Assembly: GCA_964617955.1 (NCBI GenBank)
Contig: CAZTXB010000015.1
Span: forward strand, 290-64,289
Reading direction: 5' to 3'
DNA: 64,000 bases
Origin: an uncultured Chitinophaga sp.
Lineage (GTDB): Bacteria; Bacteroidota; Bacteroidia; NS11-12g; UBA9320
Shown in pieces: positions 57,784 to 64,000 of the stretch; within the stretch, counting starts at the first letter, position 1; every line of letters begins with the position of its first letter. Made by a program: the position numbers and the translations under genes. Below the pieces are notes generated by a model, which worked only from the letters and a program-made list of their open reading frames with translations, did no database searches and was not told where the DNA came from.

Positions 57784-60700
57784 TTATTTTTTGATAAGGG
57801 CAATCTTAAACTTATCTAAATCAAGCAATTCTAGATAATCCTTTTTAAAACTTTCAAATTCCTCAATTTCAATTATATTTTTAAGGGTTTGATGCTTTCT
57901 TATGATTTGGAGTCCGTTGCCAATGGCCTTAAACTGAACTTCATAATTTGCAAAATTTGAATGGTGAGAGAGGTTCTGTGGCATTTCAGCCAATGTGTAA
58001 CCAGCCGGTATTTTGAGGTTAATAACCTGTTTGCTGGGGTAAATGTTAAGAATTTTTTCGAGGTCAACGCGATTGGTCCGGTTGTTTTCGATAATGGCCT
58101 GACTTTTTCTAATGGCCTCCAGATAAGGCATTCTCAGGATATAAAGGCCGGAAACCTTATCTGCAAATCCTTTGCCGGTGAGCGAATACTCAACCTTAAA
58201 TGGGTTAGAAAAATCTTCAGAGTTTATGAAATCAACTTTATCAAATACACTGTTTTCAAAAATATCTTGTCCGAAATACTGTGAGGCGAAATCAGGGTAT
58301 TTGTTTTTTGCGGTGCGGAAAATTTGCTCGCGAAGGTTACCGCCTGCCGTTCCGGTGTATTCTGCTTTAACCTGAAGTTTCATATCCCGGTTATTGGTAA
58401 GCTCCGCGTCAATCTCGTAAGTGGCGTAGGTCTTTACAGGATCAATCAAATCGTTGGGCAGGTGAAAAGTAGAGTTGGTATTTGGCTTAATCAGCAGGGC
58501 TGTTGCATCATTGTCCATTTCGGGCAGAACATACAAGGGGTAAAAATTGGTGGTAAGGTCGCAATATTTTTTTTCGTTATTGATGATATAACAAACCACA
58601 ACATGGTCGAAGGCAAGGGAAGGGACCGGTTCCAGTCTATTAAACTGGCTGGTTTTTACCAGGGTATAATACGACTCAATGCCTTGAGCCCTCAGCATGG
58701 TTATCATTAAGGTAGCTACATCTTTGCAATCTCCTATTCCAGCCGAAACGGTATTGCCGGGCCATTTTGGAACAAAGGCGGTATTGAGAAAGGGAACATA
58801 ACTGTAGCGTATTTTGGTAGTCACAAAATTGTATATTTTTTGCACCTTCTCCAGAGCCGACATGTCAGGGCGAATTAAGGTATCCAAGATTTCCTTCACT
58901 TCGTAGGTGAAGTCGGTTTTTTGATAAGTGGTTTGTTCATACCAATCGTTGATGGGTTCCCAATTTTTTATGGTGCTTACCGAAACGCTGCGGTACAAAT
59001 CGTAATAATCCGGGAAAGCCGATTCTTCTTGAATTTTTTCCAGGTTTTTGTCTAACCATACGTAGTGATCATAATTAAAACTGTCGGTAAATTTATCCGG
59101 TTCTCTTTTCATTTTATGTACCTTATATCCAAGGTATCGGTTATGAGGTACCGCAAAATCAAATTTAGAATAGTATACAGGGTCAGGGAAAAAAATGAAA
59201 TGCTGATGATAGAACTCCGGGCCAAAAAGCGTTTCGGCGCTTAAAACTGCCTGACCTTCAACCTGAATAATATCTCCGGCTTCCAAATTTTTAATCACCA
59301 CATAGCTCCCCGATTTCTCCGGCGTCGATTCTGTACCGTCTAATTTTATGACCTTGGCACTGGTAATGTTTCCAATGAAACCCATGTCGATTTGGTTGTA
59401 TCGCTCAATGCCTGATTCTTTGACAATTTTTATCATCAGGCTCTGATAAACAGTAACTTGTAAAAGCGTATCTAATACGCAATCTTTGGTGTATTGCAGA
59501 ACAATGGCATCTTCATTTTCATAAAGGCTTTCCCATTCCGGGTCTTCAAGGATTTGATCAAAGCGATCGGTCTTAAATATCTTTTTTAAATTTTCGGTGC
59601 CAATAATTTGTTGAATCTTTTCTTCCAAATCGTTCCCATATCCAAAGGTCGAACCCACGTCTCCCAAAGCTTTTCCGGTTTGATAATAGGAAAGAGCCTT
59701 GCTCATATCGCCTTGAAGTTTGGCGATATCTCCCATCAATTCATAAACTGAGGCTTGATAGGGGTCTATTTTTAACGAGGATTTTAGAATCTCCTCGGCC
59801 TCCTCATAGTGTTCAATTTCCTTTAAATAGTCAGCGAAGTCATTATAATTAGAGGTGATATGGGGGGTAAAATAGATTTTGTCCTTATAAAGATCGATGA
59901 CTTTTTGTTTCTTTTTCCGATCCTTATAGTATTCGATGGCCATATCCATGTCCCCCTCGTCCGATCCGGTTTTTAACGACTTAATGGCTTTTTTCTGCGA
60001 CTTGAGCATTTCGGCAGGGCCGTAGCGTTCTTCCTTTTCCTTGTAATTGCTCAAACTCACTTCCAAATCTTCTTTGTATTCGGGGTATTTTCTAATACTT
60101 CGGTTAATGAAGCTATCCTTTTCTACGAGTTTTCCGGTTTTGTTATAATATTCGATATAACAATTGAGTAAATTCGGGTTTGATGGACTGATGTCTGACA
60201 GTTTTTCAATAGCTTTATAATACTTCTCCGGTTCAGTATCTAAATTGACGTCTTGTAATTTTTCAAACAGTAGTCCAAAAAACGGGGTTTTTGAATCGTC
60301 TAACTTTGACAACAATTCATACACTTTTTCCGATTTTCCATTGAATTGGCAGATTTTTGCAAATAAAAAATTGTAGAATACCGATTTGGAATTGAGTTTA
60401 TTTTTATGGTAAAAATATTCCTCGGCCACTTTTCCAAAATTTTCGCTTATGTAGGATTTGATGAGGCAATAATCAAACCACATGCTCGATTTTCTCTCGG
60501 CCTGTTCCTTAAAATGGTTGACAAGACTATTGGAACTTATTGAGGCTGTAACAGAATTTTGTGAAGAGGAAGCCAGAAAAGCAGTATTTAAATTTTCGAT
60601 GGGTTTTGAGCTGGCATCTGTAAATCTTAAGGCAAGCATATCGTGTTCATAGCTGTTTCCGTCCCAAAACGAAAGGCTCCCCGAATTTTCATCCGTGGTT

Positions 60701-61551
60701 TTTTGGGTTGCATTTTTAACCAGAATACGGTGCACGCCTTTGCTTAATTTCAATTCAAGAGTTTCGATATCAAAAAAGAAGGGTACGGTATGGTTGTTTG
60801 AAAACACGAGGCTGTCGTTAACCCATATTTTTAGGGCAGCAGATCTTCCGATATGTATTTGCAATGTTCTGTCCGATTCGCAGGTAAGAAAGGTATTGGC
60901 ATAATAAACTGCATCATCGCTATAACCTGCATCAGGCAAGTGCTGTGAAAACACGATGCGTCCGGTAGCCGCCGAATACATGGGAGCTACCCAATTTAAT
61001 CTGACATTTTTATGGTTCACATAGGTTTTGTTCATATTGAAGGACTCCAATTCAATAGGCGTAGTGGTAATAAAACCGCTGCCATTAATATTTTTGAAAG
61101 GGCCTATCAGGCTCCAGTTAACCTTAGGGATAATGGCACCGTATTTTTCCCATTGCTTGGCCCTGTCTCTTGACTTTGAGCCCCAATCGATGGCTTCACT
61201 CAATTGGTATTTTATGGTAACCCAATCGGGGTAATTGAGTTTCTCAATACTTTTATAATCTCCGTCGTAGAGATAATTGAAAAGGGAAAACACATAGGGG
61301 TCCTTGTGGTTTCTGAGCAAGGTGTTCATGTACTTGTCGTAGGCGAGGTATTCCTGCGATATTTCCGACATGATGATCATGCCGGTTAGGCCGTCAAAAT
61401 CGATGGAATCTTTTTCCAAGGCAGCGTTAAAAAGTCTTTTGGCCTCAAAAAAATCGTTATTCTTCAGTGCTTCAAATCCTGATTGTGCCTGAATGAAGGA
61501 GTGCAGAAAAAGCAATAAGGTTAGTAAAAGCGAAGGCTTAATAAGTTTCAT
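57784..61551 (-). CDS. TPR + DUF3857 + transglutaminase-like domain protein
   Basis: Signal peptide; TPR-like helices; GDCKD and FDHVVV catalytic-type motifs. Confidence 0.82.
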   Translation of the reverse strand: MKLIKPSLLLTLLLFLHSFIQAQSGFEALKNNDFFEAKRLFNAALEKDSIDFDGLTGMIIMSEISQEYLAYDKYMNTLLRNHKDPYVFSLFNYLYDGDYKSIEKLNYPDWVTIKYQLSEAIDWGSKSRDRAKQWEKYGAIIPKVNWSLIGPFKNINGSGFITTTPIELESFNMNKTYVNHKNVRLNWVAPMYSAATGRIVFSQHLPDAGYSDDAVYYANTFLTCESDRTLQIHIGRSAALKIWVNDSLVFSNNHTVPFFFDIETLELKLSKGVHRILVKNATQKTTDENSGSLSFWDGNSYEHDMLALRFTDASSKPIENLNTAFLASSSQNSVTASISSNSLVNHFKEQAERKSSMWFDYCLIKSYISENFGKVAEEYFYHKNKLNSKSVFYNFLFAKICQFNGKSEKVYELLSKLDDSKTPFFGLLFEKLQDVNLDTEPEKYYKAIEKLSDISPSNPNLLNCYIEYYNKTGKLVEKDSFINRSIRKYPEYKEDLEVSLSNYKEKEERYGPAEMLKSQKKAIKSLKTGSDEGDMDMAIEYYKDRKKKQKVIDLYKDKIYFTPHITSNYNDFADYLKEIEHYEEAEEILKSSLKIDPYQASVYELMGDIAKLQGDMSKALSYYQTGKALGDVGSTFGYGNDLEEKIQQIIGTENLKKIFKTDRFDQILEDPEWESLYENEDAIVLQYTKDCVLDTLLQVTVYQSLMIKIVKESGIERYNQIDMGFIGNITSAKVIKLDGTESTPEKSGSYVVIKNLEAGDIIQVEGQAVLSAETLFGPEFYHQHFIFFPDPVYYSKFDFAVPHNRYLGYKVHKMKREPDKFTDSFNYDHYVWLDKNLEKIQEESAFPDYYDLYRSVSVSTIKNWEPINDWYEQTTYQKTDFTYEVKEILDTLIRPDMSALEKVQKIYNFVTTKIRYSYVPFLNTAFVPKWPGNTVSAGIGDCKDVATLMITMLRAQGIESYYTLVKTSQFNRLEPVPSLAFDHVVVCYIINNEKKYCDLTTNFYPLYVLPEMDNDATALLIKPNTNSTFHLPNDLIDPVKTYATYEIDAELTNNRDMKLQVKAEYTGTAGGNLREQIFRTAKNKYPDFASQYFGQDIFENSVFDKVDFINSEDFSNPFKVEYSLTGKGFADKVSGLYILRMPYLEAIRKSQAIIENNRTNRVDLEKILNIYPSKQVINLKIPAGYTLAEMPQNLSHHSNFANYEVQFKAIGNGLQIIRKHQTLKNIIEIEEFESFKKDYLELLDLDKFKIALIKK

Positions 61552-61774
61552 AAATGTATAAGAGAGTGCGAAAGTAATTAAATCTCCTTATACTATTTAA
61601 ACTGCAAAACAGAAGGTCGAATATTTAAGGTGTCCTTTTGACGATGATGCTAAGTTCGGAGTTAAAATCGATTAACTGACTTTGGGATAAGCAATTACCC
61701 ATTTGAATAATATTGTATTGATTTTTAATCATAATCATTAATATTTGTGGCAATAATTCAATGCCCCCACCTTA

Positions 61775-62788
61775 ATGCGTATTTTACGAATCTTATTTAT
61801 TTTTATTTTTGTTTTGGTTGGCCTTTACTTGTTGGCGTCTCTCTTTATTCCGGCGAAATTTAAGGTTGAAAGATCCGAAAACTTTAATGCACCGGTGGAT
61901 TTGGTGTTCGAACAAATTTCTACCTTTAAGAAATGGGAAAAATGGAATCCTTGGAAAAAACAGGATTCTGAAGTCAAGTCATTGTTTGGCCCCAATCAGG
62001 GAAAAGTAGGTTCCTACTGGCTTTGGAAAGGCGACAAGGTAGGTGAAGGACGCATGACGTTGATGAGTATAACGGATCAAAAGGAAATCAGATACCTTTA
62101 TGAATTCAATAAGCCCTACCAAGCGGAGGCAGAAGGGTATATTAAGCTGGAGGCCAATGGCAATCAAACCACTGCTACTTGGTATATAGAAGGAAGCAAC
62201 CCGTTTTACCTCAGGGTTCTTAACTTGATCATGGACCGGCAAATTGGGCCAAATTTTGAAACCGGACTATCGGCCTTAAAGCGCAATTCCGAAAAAGAAT
62301 ACCGGGTGTTAAAAGAGGAGTACTATGGATACAGAATAAAACAGAGCACATTTAGCGCACGAAAAGTAGGCATGGTAAGAAAGGCTATACTTATTCCCGA
62401 ATTGGATGATTTTTTTGCTAAGAATTATGAAAAAGTAAAACGGGAAGCATTGGATTGCGGATTTAAAATTAGTGGGAAGGCCTTGGGTTTATATTACCGA
62501 TGGGATTATGTTAATGGGGTGGCGACGGTAGCGGCGGCTTTGCCTCTCGAAGGGGATTCCACTCTTGGGCACGACGTAAGTCTTATTAAACTTGGTCCGC
62601 AGAAGGCGCTGCTTCTCAATTATTATGGGGGTTACAAAAGCAATCAGGATGCTTATAAGGCTTTGGATAATTATATTAGGAATAAAAATCTTATTCGCAG
62701 GTCTCCGGTAATTGAAGAGTATATCATTGGACCTGCTCAAGTCGCCGACTCGAGCAAATGGTACACTAAAATTTGGTACTTGCTTTAA
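61775..62788 (+). CDS. SRPBCC + GyrI-like effector-binding protein
   Basis: W.KWNPW and FETGLSALK (SRPBCC); C-terminal YYGGY...AY...VIEEY (GyrI-like). Confidence 0.8.
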   Translation: MRILRILFIFIFVLVGLYLLASLFIPAKFKVERSENFNAPVDLVFEQISTFKKWEKWNPWKKQDSEVKSLFGPNQGKVGSYWLWKGDKVGEGRMTLMSITDQKEIRYLYEFNKPYQAEAEGYIKLEANGNQTTATWYIEGSNPFYLRVLNLIMDRQIGPNFETGLSALKRNSEKEYRVLKEEYYGYRIKQSTFSARKVGMVRKAILIPELDDFFAKNYEKVKREALDCGFKISGKALGLYYRWDYVNGVATVAAALPLEGDSTLGHDVSLIKLGPQKALLLNYYGGYKSNQDAYKALDNYIRNKNLIRRSPVIEEYIIGPAQVADSSKWYTKIWYLL

Positions 62789-62853
62789 ATATTCACATTA
62801 TCCTTAAACAAGCCAATCGTACATTTTAGTTTATTCATAAATTGAAGTCAAAA

Positions 62854-62884
62854 AAAAAGCTGTTTCTCCATGAAACAGCTTTTT
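62854..62884. terminator. Bidirectional intrinsic terminator
   Basis: AAAAAGCTGTTTC-TCCAT-GAAACAGCTTTTT between convergent genes. Confidence 0.8.
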
Positions 62885-62888
62885 AGTG

Positions 62889-63779
62889 TCACCTTTTACC
62901 CATTTGGGTTATATAGTCCTGCAATTCGGATTTACTACTGCTAAATTGGAAAGCTTCCTGAACCATAACGTAATTCCTTTTATCGCTCGTATGTGAATAG
63001 GCAAATTTGGCAAATTCAAGTCGGGTCGATTCAAAAGAAAACAGTTTTGTGATGAGCAGGATTTCTTCGCTTAACATGCTTTCTGAAGAGACGATATTTT
63101 TCGCCATTTTGAGACGCTCGCTATCAAAAGATTGCTTTTTTATGGCATTCAGTGTGTTCGCAAAGGCAGTCTCTCTTTGGCCTTCCCTGTCGTAGGTGTC
63201 GTTTCCACGGTTTGCGTCAGAGCGGTCGGACCTTTGTGATGACCTGTCCCTATAGTACCAATCTTCATCCTCCTCCTCACGGTTATTTTGGTTATTTCCA
63301 TATTGGTTTCTGTCATAATCATAATCGTCATCTCGGCGGCGATTCTCTCGTGATCCATTGCCTTGATTTCTACCGTTACCATTTCCTTGAATATCGTCGA
63401 AGCTGAGGCTGCGTTCAATTCTAAGCATACCACGGTGGTTTATGCTGGCCCAAATTTTGGTATTTCTTGGGAAAAAGAGCATACCATTGTAAATCACAAT
63501 TCTGTCAATCACATAACCTCTTCGGTTTAGAATTGGTTTTGTAATTTTTAGGCGGTGATTGCCGGGTCTGAGGTTGTCGATTTTAAATCGGTCATACACC
63601 CCATAATAGGGTACGTTGTCGAAAATGACAATATACTCGGATGCCGGAGGCAAGAATAAGCGAAGCGAAGAACCCGCTTGATGCGTTTGCCTGGCCATTG
63701 CCAAATTTGTTAAAGAGATGAGCACGAACAAAGCCATAAATTTTGCTTTGTTAATTTTGTTTTGAGTCAAGATTTTCAT
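62889..63779 (-). CDS. DUF4476-domain secreted protein
   Basis: Signal peptide; low-complexity R/D/N linker; C-terminal FDSERL...FSFESTRLEFAKFAY...D..NY motif. Confidence 0.78.
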   Translation of the reverse strand: MKILTQNKINKAKFMALFVLISLTNLAMARQTHQAGSSLRLFLPPASEYIVIFDNVPYYGVYDRFKIDNLRPGNHRLKITKPILNRRGYVIDRIVIYNGMLFFPRNTKIWASINHRGMLRIERSLSFDDIQGNGNGRNQGNGSRENRRRDDDYDYDRNQYGNNQNNREEEDEDWYYRDRSSQRSDRSDANRGNDTYDREGQRETAFANTLNAIKKQSFDSERLKMAKNIVSSESMLSEEILLITKLFSFESTRLEFAKFAYSHTSDKRNYVMVQEAFQFSSSKSELQDYITQMGKR

Positions 63780-63961
63780 AATTAATTTCCTCCTGACTTT
63801 AAAGTCTCAAATCATTAACCTAAAGCAATATTCTTTAATAAAGTCTTAAAAATGAATTTATTAAAAAATAAGGTCATGGATTTAATACAACAAAACGTCT
63901 AATTATAACGACAGTTTTTATGCGATAAAAAATACAATGAGAAGGCCAAAGGTATTAGTAC

Positions 63962-64000
63962 TTACTCTACCGTAACCGACTTGGCTAGGTTTCGGGGTTG
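63962..64000 (-). CDS. glmS: 3' end of glutamine--fructose-6-phosphate aminotransferase (partial)
   Basis: Minus strand encodes QPRNLAKSVTVE-stop, the invariant GlmS C-terminus. Confidence 0.9.
   Translation of the reverse strand, partial: QPRNLAKSVTVE

Noticed and set aside
325-63433. Numerous short antisense or nested ORFs in the six-frame track
   Set aside because: They overlap well-supported genes and have no recognisable motifs.

Overview
Bacteroidota chromosomal window (T9SS cargo protein, bshA, DUF4270/glgA-like/panC cluster, alpha-2-macroglobulin/pbpC) containing one clear accessory region: a ~20.3 kb integrative island (3865-24161). The island entered the anticodon loop of a host tRNA-Arg(CCT) through a 9-bp core (GTTTAGGAA). 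The host gene is left split (5' half 24153-24192, 3' half 3833-3873), and the island carries its own intact tRNA-Arg(CCT) (4087-4161) with compensatory changes in the anticodon stem. The backbone is minimal: an excisionase-like HTH gene and the tRNA at one end, and a tyrosine integrase with an unusual C-terminal Cys4 extension at the other. All cargo lies between the first and last of six co-oriented copies of a palindromic site (CTGCCGTGA-AATAAAA-TCACGGCAG, usually followed by a conserved ~70-bp tail). These sites divide the cargo into five modules: (1) type I R-M with an inserted nuclease-like gene, Sir2-HerA and a hypothetical gene; (2) truncated QueC plus an AbiE-type toxin-antitoxin; (3) gene debris; (4) a CPBP protease; (5) four accessory genes. 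I interpret this, by inference only, as a candidate non-integron gene-capture platform for defence cargo. The rest of the window is mostly ordinary housekeeping and envelope genes, plus a MITE-like element, a REP-like cluster and a possible structured RNA. No database searches were run; family assignments rest on recognised motifs.
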